A DNA stretch of 64,000 nucleotides, taken from Giardia intestinalis. Its lineage: Eukaryota. Under the pieces are notes generated by a model that was not told the origin of the DNA, did not search any database, and saw only the letters and a program-made list of their open reading frames with translations. Made by a program: the position numbers and the translations under genes. Within the stretch, counting starts at the first letter, position 1. Every line of letters starts with the position of its first letter. Below, piece by piece: positions 1 to 12,000 of the stretch. The DNA lies in NCBI GenBank assembly GCA_000002435.2, contig CM018793.1. One strand, given 5' to 3'.

Positions 1-3000
1 NNNNNNNNNNNNNNNNNNNNNNNNNNNNNNNNNNNNNNNNNNNNNNNNNNNNNNNNNNNNNNNNNNNNNNNNNNNNNNNNNNNNNNNNNNNNNNNNNNNN
101 NNNNNNNNNNNNNNNNNNNNNNNNNNNNNNNNNNNNNNNNNNNNNNNNNNNNNNNNNNNNNNNNNNNNNNNNNNNNNNNNNNNNNNNNNNNNNNNNNNNN
201 NNNNNNNNNNNNNNNNNNNNNNNNNNNNNNNNNNNNNNNNNNNNNNNNNNNNNNNNNNNNNNNNNNNNNNNNNNNNNNNNNNNNNNNNNNNNNNNNNNNN
301 NNNNNNNNNNNNNNNNNNNNNNNNNNNNNNNNNNNNNNNNNNNNNNNNNNNNNNNNNNNNNNNNNNNNNNNNNNNNNNNNNNNNNNNNNNNNNNNNNNNN
401 NNNNNNNNNNNNNNNNNNNNNNNNNNNNNNNNNNNNNNNNNNNNNNNNNNNNNNNNNNNNNNNNNNNNNNNNNNNNNNNNNNNNNNNNNNNNNNNNNNNN
501 NNNNNNNNNNNNNNNNNNNNNNNNNNNNNNNNNNNNNNNNNNNNNNNNNNNNNNNNNNNNNNNNNNNNNNNNNNNNNNNNNNNNNNNNNNNNNNNNNNNN
601 NNNNNNNNNNNNNNNNNNNNNNNNNNNNNNNNNNNNNNNNNNNNNNNNNNNNNNNNNNNNNNNNNNNNNNNNNNNNNNNNNNNNNNNNNNNNNNNNNNNN
701 NNNNNNNNNNNNNNNNNNNNNNNNNNNNNNNNNNNNNNNNNNNNNNNNNNNNNNNNNNNNNNNNNNNNNNNNNNNNNNNNNNNNNNNNNNNNNNNNNNNN
801 NNNNNNNNNNNNNNNNNNNNNNNNNNNNNNNNNNNNNNNNNNNNNNNNNNNNNNNNNNNNNNNNNNNNNNNNNNNNNNNNNNNNNNNNNNNNNNNNNNNN
901 NNNNNNNNNNNNNNNNNNNNNNNNNNNNNNNNNNNNNNNNNNNNNNNNNNNNNNNNNNNNNNNNNNNNNNNNNNNNNNNNNNNNNNNNNNNNNNNNNNNN
1001 NNNNNNNNNNNNNNNNNNNNNNNNNNNNNNNNNNNNNNNNNNNNNNNNNNNNNNNNNNNNNNNNNNNNNNNNNNNNNNNNNNNNNNNNNNNNNNNNNNNN
1101 NNNNNNNNNNNNNNNNNNNNNNNNNNNNNNNNNNNNNNNNNNNNNNNNNNNNNNNNNNNNNNNNNNNNNNNNNNNNNNNNNNNNNNNNNNNNNNNNNNNN
1201 NNNNNNNNNNNNNNNNNNNNNNNNNNNNNNNNNNNNNNNNNNNNNNNNNNNNNNNNNNNNNNNNNNNNNNNNNNNNNNNNNNNNNNNNNNNNNNNNNNNN
1301 NNNNNNNNNNNNNNNNNNNNNNNNNNNNNNNNNNNNNNNNNNNNNNNNNNNNNNNNNNNNNNNNNNNNNNNNNNNNNNNNNNNNNNNNNNNNNNNNNNNN
1401 NNNNNNNNNNNNNNNNNNNNNNNNNNNNNNNNNNNNNNNNNNNNNNNNNNNNNNNNNNNNNNNNNNNNNNNNNNNNNNNNNNNNNNNNNNNNNNNNNNNN
1501 NNNNNNNNNNNNNNNNNNNNNNNNNNNNNNNNNNNNNNNNNNNNNNNNNNNNNNNNNNNNNNNNNNNNNNNNNNNNNNNNNNNNNNNNNNNNNNNNNNNN
1601 NNNNNNNNNNNNNNNNNNNNNNNNNNNNNNNNNNNNNNNNNNNNNNNNNNNNNNNNNNNNNNNNNNNNNNNNNNNNNNNNNNNNNNNNNNNNNNNNNNNN
1701 NNNNNNNNNNNNNNNNNNNNNNNNNNNNNNNNNNNNNNNNNNNNNNNNNNNNNNNNNNNNNNNNNNNNNNNNNNNNNNNNNNNNNNNNNNNNNNNNNNNN
1801 NNNNNNNNNNNNNNNNNNNNNNNNNNNNNNNNNNNNNNNNNNNNNNNNNNNNNNNNNNNNNNNNNNNNNNNNNNNNNNNNNNNNNNNNNNNNNNNNNNNN
1901 NNNNNNNNNNNNNNNNNNNNNNNNNNNNNNNNNNNNNNNNNNNNNNNNNNNNNNNNNNNNNNNNNNNNNNNNNNNNNNNNNNNNNNNNNNNNNNNNNNNN
2001 NNNNNNNNNNNNNNNNNNNNNNNNNNNNNNNNNNNNNNNNNNNNNNNNNNNNNNNNNNNNNNNNNNNNNNNNNNNNNNNNNNNNNNNNNNNNNNNNNNNN
2101 NNNNNNNNNNNNNNNNNNNNNNNNNNNNNNNNNNNNNNNNNNNNNNNNNNNNNNNNNNNNNNNNNNNNNNNNNNNNNNNNNNNNNNNNNNNNNNNNNNNN
2201 NNNNNNNNNNNNNNNNNNNNNNNNNNNNNNNNNNNNNNNNNNNNNNNNNNNNNNNNNNNNNNNNNNNNNNNNNNNNNNNNNNNNNNNNNNNNNNNNNNNN
2301 NNNNNNNNNNNNNNNNNNNNNNNNNNNNNNNNNNNNNNNNNNNNNNNNNNNNNNNNNNNNNNNNNNNNNNNNNNNNNNNNNNNNNNNNNNNNNNNNNNNN
2401 NNNNNNNNNNNNNNNNNNNNNNNNNNNNNNNNNNNNNNNNNNNNNNNNNNNNNNNNNNNNNNNNNNNNNNNNNNNNNNNNNNNNNNNNNNNNNNNNNNNN
2501 NNNNNNNNNNNNNNNNNNNNNNNNNNNNNNNNNNNNNNNNNNNNNNNNNNNNNNNNNNNNNNNNNNNNNNNNNNNNNNNNNNNNNNNNNNNNNNNNNNNN
2601 NNNNNNNNNNNNNNNNNNNNNNNNNNNNNNNNNNNNNNNNNNNNNNNNNNNNNNNNNNNNNNNNNNNNNNNNNNNNNNNNNNNNNNNNNNNNNNNNNNNN
2701 NNNNNNNNNNNNNNNNNNNNNNNNNNNNNNNNNNNNNNNNNNNNNNNNNNNNNNNNNNNNNNNNNNNNNNNNNNNNNNNNNNNNNNNNNNNNNNNNNNNN
2801 NNNNNNNNNNNNNNNNNNNNNNNNNNNNNNNNNNNNNNNNNNNNNNNNNNNNNNNNNNNNNNNNNNNNNNNNNNNNNNNNNNNNNNNNNNNNNNNNNNNN
2901 NNNNNNNNNNNNNNNNNNNNNNNNNNNNNNNNNNNNNNNNNNNNNNNNNNNNNNNNNNNNNNNNNNNNNNNNNNNNNNNNNNNNNNNNNNNNNNNNNNNN

Positions 3001-6000
3001 NNNNNNNNNNNNNNNNNNNNNNNNNNNNNNNNNNNNNNNNNNNNNNNNNNNNNNNNNNNNNNNNNNNNNNNNNNNNNNNNNNNNNNNNNNNNNNNNNNNN
3101 NNNNNNNNNNNNNNNNNNNNNNNNNNNNNNNNNNNNNNNNNNNNNNNNNNNNNNNNNNNNNNNNNNNNNNNNNNNNNNNNNNNNNNNNNNNNNNNNNNNN
3201 NNNNNNNNNNNNNNNNNNNNNNNNNNNNNNNNNNNNNNNNNNNNNNNNNNNNNNNNNNNNNNNNNNNNNNNNNNNNNNNNNNNNNNNNNNNNNNNNNNNN
3301 NNNNNNNNNNNNNNNNNNNNNNNNNNNNNNNNNNNNNNNNNNNNNNNNNNNNNNNNNNNNNNNNNNNNNNNNNNNNNNNNNNNNNNNNNNNNNNNNNNNN
3401 NNNNNNNNNNNNNNNNNNNNNNNNNNNNNNNNNNNNNNNNNNNNNNNNNNNNNNNNNNNNNNNNNNNNNNNNNNNNNNNNNNNNNNNNNNNNNNNNNNNN
3501 NNNNNNNNNNNNNNNNNNNNNNNNNNNNNNNNNNNNNNNNNNNNNNNNNNNNNNNNNNNNNNNNNNNNNNNNNNNNNNNNNNNNNNNNNNNNNNNNNNNN
3601 NNNNNNNNNNNNNNNNNNNNNNNNNNNNNNNNNNNNNNNNNNNNNNNNNNNNNNNNNNNNNNNNNNNNNNNNNNNNNNNNNNNNNNNNNNNNNNNNNNNN
3701 NNNNNNNNNNNNNNNNNNNNNNNNNNNNNNNNNNNNNNNNNNNNNNNNNNNNNNNNNNNNNNNNNNNNNNNNNNNNNNNNNNNNNNNNNNNNNNNNNNNN
3801 NNNNNNNNNNNNNNNNNNNNNNNNNNNNNNNNNNNNNNNNNNNNNNNNNNNNNNNNNNNNNNNNNNNNNNNNNNNNNNNNNNNNNNNNNNNNNNNNNNNN
3901 NNNNNNNNNNNNNNNNNNNNNNNNNNNNNNNNNNNNNNNNNNNNNNNNNNNNNNNNNNNNNNNNNNNNNNNNNNNNNNNNNNNNNNNNNNNNNNNNNNNN
4001 NNNNNNNNNNNNNNNNNNNNNNNNNNNNNNNNNNNNNNNNNNNNNNNNNNNNNNNNNNNNNNNNNNNNNNNNNNNNNNNNNNNNNNNNNNNNNNNNNNNN
4101 NNNNNNNNNNNNNNNNNNNNNNNNNNNNNNNNNNNNNNNNNNNNNNNNNNNNNNNNNNNNNNNNNNNNNNNNNNNNNNNNNNNNNNNNNNNNNNNNNNNN
4201 NNNNNNNNNNNNNNNNNNNNNNNNNNNNNNNNNNNNNNNNNNNNNNNNNNNNNNNNNNNNNNNNNNNNNNNNNNNNNNNNNNNNNNNNNNNNNNNNNNNN
4301 NNNNNNNNNNNNNNNNNNNNNNNNNNNNNNNNNNNNNNNNNNNNNNNNNNNNNNNNNNNNNNNNNNNNNNNNNNNNNNNNNNNNNNNNNNNNNNNNNNNN
4401 NNNNNNNNNNNNNNNNNNNNNNNNNNNNNNNNNNNNNNNNNNNNNNNNNNNNNNNNNNNNNNNNNNNNNNNNNNNNNNNNNNNNNNNNNNNNNNNNNNNN
4501 NNNNNNNNNNNNNNNNNNNNNNNNNNNNNNNNNNNNNNNNNNNNNNNNNNNNNNNNNNNNNNNNNNNNNNNNNNNNNNNNNNNNNNNNNNNNNNNNNNNN
4601 NNNNNNNNNNNNNNNNNNNNNNNNNNNNNNNNNNNNNNNNNNNNNNNNNNNNNNNNNNNNNNNNNNNNNNNNNNNNNNNNNNNNNNNNNNNNNNNNNNNN
4701 NNNNNNNNNNNNNNNNNNNNNNNNNNNNNNNNNNNNNNNNNNNNNNNNNNNNNNNNNNNNNNNNNNNNNNNNNNNNNNNNNNNNNNNNNNNNNNNNNNNN
4801 NNNNNNNNNNNNNNNNNNNNNNNNNNNNNNNNNNNNNNNNNNNNNNNNNNNNNNNNNNNNNNNNNNNNNNNNNNNNNNNNNNNNNNNNNNNNNNNNNNNN
4901 NNNNNNNNNNNNNNNNNNNNNNNNNNNNNNNNNNNNNNNNNNNNNNNNNNNNNNNNNNNNNNNNNNNNNNNNNNNNNNNNNNNNNNNNNNNNNNNNNNNN
5001 NNNNNNNNNNNNNNNNNNNNNNNNNNNNNNNNNNNNNNNNNNNNNNNNNNNNNNNNNNNNNNNNNNNNNNNNNNNNNNNNNNNNNNNNNNNNNNNNNNNN
5101 NNNNNNNNNNNNNNNNNNNNNNNNNNNNNNNNNNNNNNNNNNNNNNNNNNNNNNNNNNNNNNNNNNNNNNNNNNNNNNNNNNNNNNNNNNNNNNNNNNNN
5201 NNNNNNNNNNNNNNNNNNNNNNNNNNNNNNNNNNNNNNNNNNNNNNNNNNNNNNNNNNNNNNNNNNNNNNNNNNNNNNNNNNNNNNNNNNNNNNNNNNNN
5301 NNNNNNNNNNNNNNNNNNNNNNNNNNNNNNNNNNNNNNNNNNNNNNNNNNNNNNNNNNNNNNNNNNNNNNNNNNNNNNNNNNNNNNNNNNNNNNNNNNNN
5401 NNNNNNNNNNNNNNNNNNNNNNNNNNNNNNNNNNNNNNNNNNNNNNNNNNNNNNNNNNNNNNNNNNNNNNNNNNNNNNNNNNNNNNNNNNNNNNNNNNNN
5501 NNNNNNNNNNNNNNNNNNNNNNNNNNNNNNNNNNNNNNNNNNNNNNNNNNNNNNNNNNNNNNNNNNNNNNNNNNNNNNNNNNNNNNNNNNNNNNNNNNNN
5601 NNNNNNNNNNNNNNNNNNNNNNNNNNNNNNNNNNNNNNNNNNNNNNNNNNNNNNNNNNNNNNNNNNNNNNNNNNNNNNNNNNNNNNNNNNNNNNNNNNNN
5701 NNNNNNNNNNNNNNNNNNNNNNNNNNNNNNNNNNNNNNNNNNNNNNNNNNNNNNNNNNNNNNNNNNNNNNNNNNNNNNNNNNNNNNNNNNNNNNNNNNNN
5801 NNNNNNNNNNNNNNNNNNNNNNNNNNNNNNNNNNNNNNNNNNNNNNNNNNNNNNNNNNNNNNNNNNNNNNNNNNNNNNNNNNNNNNNNNNNNNNNNNNNN
5901 NNNNNNNNNNNNNNNNNNNNNNNNNNNNNNNNNNNNNNNNNNNNNNNNNNNNNNNNNNNNNNNNNNNNNNNNNNNNNNNNNNNNNNNNNNNNNNNNNNNN

Positions 6001-9000
6001 NNNNNNNNNNNNNNNNNNNNNNNNNNNNNNNNNNNNNNNNNNNNNNNNNNNNNNNNNNNNNNNNNNNNNNNNNNNNNNNNNNNNNNNNNNNNNNNNNNNN
6101 NNNNNNNNNNNNNNNNNNNNNNNNNNNNNNNNNNNNNNNNNNNNNNNNNNNNNNNNNNNNNNNNNNNNNNNNNNNNNNNNNNNNNNNNNNNNNNNNNNNN
6201 NNNNNNNNNNNNNNNNNNNNNNNNNNNNNNNNNNNNNNNNNNNNNNNNNNNNNNNNNNNNNNNNNNNNNNNNNNNNNNNNNNNNNNNNNNNNNNNNNNNN
6301 NNNNNNNNNNNNNNNNNNNNNNNNNNNNNNNNNNNNNNNNNNNNNNNNNNNNNNNNNNNNNNNNNNNNNNNNNNNNNNNNNNNNNNNNNNNNNNNNNNNN
6401 NNNNNNNNNNNNNNNNNNNNNNNNNNNNNNNNNNNNNNNNNNNNNNNNNNNNNNNNNNNNNNNNNNNNNNNNNNNNNNNNNNNNNNNNNNNNNNNNNNNN
6501 NNNNNNNNNNNNNNNNNNNNNNNNNNNNNNNNNNNNNNNNNNNNNNNNNNNNNNNNNNNNNNNNNNNNNNNNNNNNNNNNNNNNNNNNNNNNNNNNNNNN
6601 NNNNNNNNNNNNNNNNNNNNNNNNNNNNNNNNNNNNNNNNNNNNNNNNNNNNNNNNNNNNNNNNNNNNNNNNNNNNNNNNNNNNNNNNNNNNNNNNNNNN
6701 NNNNNNNNNNNNNNNNNNNNNNNNNNNNNNNNNNNNNNNNNNNNNNNNNNNNNNNNNNNNNNNNNNNNNNNNNNNNNNNNNNNNNNNNNNNNNNNNNNNN
6801 NNNNNNNNNNNNNNNNNNNNNNNNNNNNNNNNNNNNNNNNNNNNNNNNNNNNNNNNNNNNNNNNNNNNNNNNNNNNNNNNNNNNNNNNNNNNNNNNNNNN
6901 NNNNNNNNNNNNNNNNNNNNNNNNNNNNNNNNNNNNNNNNNNNNNNNNNNNNNNNNNNNNNNNNNNNNNNNNNNNNNNNNNNNNNNNNNNNNNNNNNNNN
7001 NNNNNNNNNNNNNNNNNNNNNNNNNNNNNNNNNNNNNNNNNNNNNNNNNNNNNNNNNNNNNNNNNNNNNNNNNNNNNNNNNNNNNNNNNNNNNNNNNNNN
7101 NNNNNNNNNNNNNNNNNNNNNNNNNNNNNNNNNNNNNNNNNNNNNNNNNNNNNNNNNNNNNNNNNNNNNNNNNNNNNNNNNNNNNNNNNNNNNNNNNNNN
7201 NNNNNNNNNNNNNNNNNNNNNNNNNNNNNNNNNNNNNNNNNNNNNNNNNNNNNNNNNNNNNNNNNNNNNNNNNNNNNNNNNNNNNNNNNNNNNNNNNNNN
7301 NNNNNNNNNNNNNNNNNNNNNNNNNNNNNNNNNNNNNNNNNNNNNNNNNNNNNNNNNNNNNNNNNNNNNNNNNNNNNNNNNNNNNNNNNNNNNNNNNNNN
7401 NNNNNNNNNNNNNNNNNNNNNNNNNNNNNNNNNNNNNNNNNNNNNNNNNNNNNNNNNNNNNNNNNNNNNNNNNNNNNNNNNNNNNNNNNNNNNNNNNNNN
7501 NNNNNNNNNNNNNNNNNNNNNNNNNNNNNNNNNNNNNNNNNNNNNNNNNNNNNNNNNNNNNNNNNNNNNNNNNNNNNNNNNNNNNNNNNNNNNNNNNNNN
7601 NNNNNNNNNNNNNNNNNNNNNNNNNNNNNNNNNNNNNNNNNNNNNNNNNNNNNNNNNNNNNNNNNNNNNNNNNNNNNNNNNNNNNNNNNNNNNNNNNNNN
7701 NNNNNNNNNNNNNNNNNNNNNNNNNNNNNNNNNNNNNNNNNNNNNNNNNNNNNNNNNNNNNNNNNNNNNNNNNNNNNNNNNNNNNNNNNNNNNNNNNNNN
7801 NNNNNNNNNNNNNNNNNNNNNNNNNNNNNNNNNNNNNNNNNNNNNNNNNNNNNNNNNNNNNNNNNNNNNNNNNNNNNNNNNNNNNNNNNNNNNNNNNNNN
7901 NNNNNNNNNNNNNNNNNNNNNNNNNNNNNNNNNNNNNNNNNNNNNNNNNNNNNNNNNNNNNNNNNNNNNNNNNNNNNNNNNNNNNNNNNNNNNNNNNNNN
8001 NNNNNNNNNNNNNNNNNNNNNNNNNNNNNNNNNNNNNNNNNNNNNNNNNNNNNNNNNNNNNNNNNNNNNNNNNNNNNNNNNNNNNNNNNNNNNNNNNNNN
8101 NNNNNNNNNNNNNNNNNNNNNNNNNNNNNNNNNNNNNNNNNNNNNNNNNNNNNNNNNNNNNNNNNNNNNNNNNNNNNNNNNNNNNNNNNNNNNNNNNNNN
8201 NNNNNNNNNNNNNNNNNNNNNNNNNNNNNNNNNNNNNNNNNNNNNNNNNNNNNNNNNNNNNNNNNNNNNNNNNNNNNNNNNNNNNNNNNNNNNNNNNNNN
8301 NNNNNNNNNNNNNNNNNNNNNNNNNNNNNNNNNNNNNNNNNNNNNNNNNNNNNNNNNNNNNNNNNNNNNNNNNNNNNNNNNNNNNNNNNNNNNNNNNNNN
8401 NNNNNNNNNNNNNNNNNNNNNNNNNNNNNNNNNNNNNNNNNNNNNNNNNNNNNNNNNNNNNNNNNNNNNNNNNNNNNNNNNNNNNNNNNNNNNNNNNNNN
8501 NNNNNNNNNNNNNNNNNNNNNNNNNNNNNNNNNNNNNNNNNNNNNNNNNNNNNNNNNNNNNNNNNNNNNNNNNNNNNNNNNNNNNNNNNNNNNNNNNNNN
8601 NNNNNNNNNNNNNNNNNNNNNNNNNNNNNNNNNNNNNNNNNNNNNNNNNNNNNNNNNNNNNNNNNNNNNNNNNNNNNNNNNNNNNNNNNNNNNNNNNNNN
8701 NNNNNNNNNNNNNNNNNNNNNNNNNNNNNNNNNNNNNNNNNNNNNNNNNNNNNNNNNNNNNNNNNNNNNNNNNNNNNNNNNNNNNNNNNNNNNNNNNNNN
8801 NNNNNNNNNNNNNNNNNNNNNNNNNNNNNNNNNNNNNNNNNNNNNNNNNNNNNNNNNNNNNNNNNNNNNNNNNNNNNNNNNNNNNNNNNNNNNNNNNNNN
8901 NNNNNNNNNNNNNNNNNNNNNNNNNNNNNNNNNNNNNNNNNNNNNNNNNNNNNNNNNNNNNNNNNNNNNNNNNNNNNNNNNNNNNNNNNNNNNNNNNNNN

Positions 9001-12000
9001 NNNNNNNNNNNNNNNNNNNNNNNNNNNNNNNNNNNNNNNNNNNNNNNNNNNNNNNNNNNNNNNNNNNNNNNNNNNNNNNNNNNNNNNNNNNNNNNNNNNN
9101 NNNNNNNNNNNNNNNNNNNNNNNNNNNNNNNNNNNNNNNNNNNNNNNNNNNNNNNNNNNNNNNNNNNNNNNNNNNNNNNNNNNNNNNNNNNNNNNNNNNN
9201 NNNNNNNNNNNNNNNNNNNNNNNNNNNNNNNNNNNNNNNNNNNNNNNNNNNNNNNNNNNNNNNNNNNNNNNNNNNNNNNNNNNNNNNNNNNNNNNNNNNN
9301 NNNNNNNNNNNNNNNNNNNNNNNNNNNNNNNNNNNNNNNNNNNNNNNNNNNNNNNNNNNNNNNNNNNNNNNNNNNNNNNNNNNNNNNNNNNNNNNNNNNN
9401 NNNNNNNNNNNNNNNNNNNNNNNNNNNNNNNNNNNNNNNNNNNNNNNNNNNNNNNNNNNNNNNNNNNNNNNNNNNNNNNNNNNNNNNNNNNNNNNNNNNN
9501 NNNNNNNNNNNNNNNNNNNNNNNNNNNNNNNNNNNNNNNNNNNNNNNNNNNNNNNNNNNNNNNNNNNNNNNNNNNNNNNNNNNNNNNNNNNNNNNNNNNN
9601 NNNNNNNNNNNNNNNNNNNNNNNNNNNNNNNNNNNNNNNNNNNNNNNNNNNNNNNNNNNNNNNNNNNNNNNNNNNNNNNNNNNNNNNNNNNNNNNNNNNN
9701 NNNNNNNNNNNNNNNNNNNNNNNNNNNNNNNNNNNNNNNNNNNNNNNNNNNNNNNNNNNNNNNNNNNNNNNNNNNNNNNNNNNNNNNNNNNNNNNNNNNN
9801 NNNNNNNNNNNNNNNNNNNNNNNNNNNNNNNNNNNNNNNNNNNNNNNNNNNNNNNNNNNNNNNNNNNNNNNNNNNNNNNNNNNNNNNNNNNNNNNNNNNN
9901 NNNNNNNNNNNNNNNNNNNNNNNNNNNNNNNNNNNNNNNNNNNNNNNNNNNNNNNNNNNNNNNNNNNNNNNNNNNNNNNNNNNNNNNNNNNNNNNNNNNN
10001 NNNNNNNNNNNNNNNNNNNNNNNNNNNNNNNNNNNNNNNNNNNNNNNNNNNNNNNNNNNNNNNNNNNNNNNNNNNNNNNNNNNNNNNNNNNNNNNNNNNN
10101 NNNNNNNNNNNNNNNNNNNNNNNNNNNNNNNNNNNNNNNNNNNNNNNNNNNNNNNNNNNNNNNNNNNNNNNNNNNNNNNNNNNNNNNNNNNNNNNNNNNN
10201 NNNNNNNNNNNNNNNNNNNNNNNNNNNNNNNNNNNNNNNNNNNNNNNNNNNNNNNNNNNNNNNNNNNNNNNNNNNNNNNNNNNNNNNNNNNNNNNNNNNN
10301 NNNNNNNNNNNNNNNNNNNNNNNNNNNNNNNNNNNNNNNNNNNNNNNNNNNNNNNNNNNNNNNNNNNNNNNNNNNNNNNNNNNNNNNNNNNNNNNNNNNN
10401 NNNNNNNNNNNNNNNNNNNNNNNNNNNNNNNNNNNNNNNNNNNNNNNNNNNNNNNNNNNNNNNNNNNNNNNNNNNNNNNNNNNNNNNNNNNNNNNNNNNN
10501 NNNNNNNNNNNNNNNNNNNNNNNNNNNNNNNNNNNNNNNNNNNNNNNNNNNNNNNNNNNNNNNNNNNNNNNNNNNNNNNNNNNNNNNNNNNNNNNNNNNN
10601 NNNNNNNNNNNNNNNNNNNNNNNNNNNNNNNNNNNNNNNNNNNNNNNNNNNNNNNNNNNNNNNNNNNNNNNNNNNNNNNNNNNNNNNNNNNNNNNNNNNN
10701 NNNNNNNNNNNNNNNNNNNNNNNNNNNNNNNNNNNNNNNNNNNNNNNNNNNNNNNNNNNNNNNNNNNNNNNNNNNNNNNNNNNNNNNNNNNNNNNNNNNN
10801 NNNNNNNNNNNNNNNNNNNNNNNNNNNNNNNNNNNNNNNNNNNNNNNNNNNNNNNNNNNNNNNNNNNNNNNNNNNNNNNNNNNNNNNNNNNNNNNNNNNN
10901 NNNNNNNNNNNNNNNNNNNNNNNNNNNNNNNNNNNNNNNNNNNNNNNNNNNNNNNNNNNNNNNNNNNNNNNNNNNNNNNNNNNNNNNNNNNNNNNNNNNN
11001 NNNNNNNNNNNNNNNNNNNNNNNNNNNNNNNNNNNNNNNNNNNNNNNNNNNNNNNNNNNNNNNNNNNNNNNNNNNNNNNNNNNNNNNNNNNNNNNNNNNN
11101 NNNNNNNNNNNNNNNNNNNNNNNNNNNNNNNNNNNNNNNNNNNNNNNNNNNNNNNNNNNNNNNNNNNNNNNNNNNNNNNNNNNNNNNNNNNNNNNNNNNN
11201 NNNNNNNNNNNNNNNNNNNNNNNNNNNNNNNNNNNNNNNNNNNNNNNNNNNNNNNNNNNNNNNNNNNNNNNNNNNNNNNNNNNNNNNNNNNNNNNNNNNN
11301 NNNNNNNNNNNNNNNNNNNNNNNNNNNNNNNNNNNNNNNNNNNNNNNNNNNNNNNNNNNNNNNNNNNNNNNNNNNNNNNNNNNNNNNNNNNNNNNNNNNN
11401 NNNNNNNNNNNNNNNNNNNNNNNNNNNNNNNNNNNNNNNNNNNNNNNNNNNNNNNNNNNNNNNNNNNNNNNNNNNNNNNNNNNNNNNNNNNNNNNNNNNN
11501 NNNNNNNNNNNNNNNNNNNNNNNNNNNNNNNNNNNNNNNNNNNNNNNNNNNNNNNNNNNNNNNNNNNNNNNNNNNNNNNNNNNNNNNNNNNNNNNNNNNN
11601 NNNNNNNNNNNNNNNNNNNNNNNNNNNNNNNNNNNNNNNNNNNNNNNNNNNNNNNNNNNNNNNNNNNNNNNNNNNNNNNNNNNNNNNNNNNNNNNNNNNN
11701 NNNNNNNNNNNNNNNNNNNNNNNNNNNNNNNNNNNNNNNNNNNNNNNNNNNNNNNNNNNNNNNNNNNNNNNNNNNNNNNNNNNNNNNNNNNNNNNNNNNN
11801 NNNNNNNNNNNNNNNNNNNNNNNNNNNNNNNNNNNNNNNNNNNNNNNNNNNNNNNNNNNNNNNNNNNNNNNNNNNNNNNNNNNNNNNNNNNNNNNNNNNN
11901 NNNNNNNNNNNNNNNNNNNNNNNNNNNNNNNNNNNNNNNNNNNNNNNNNNNNNNNNNNNNNNNNNNNNNNNNNNNNNNNNNNNNNNNNNNNNNNNNNNNN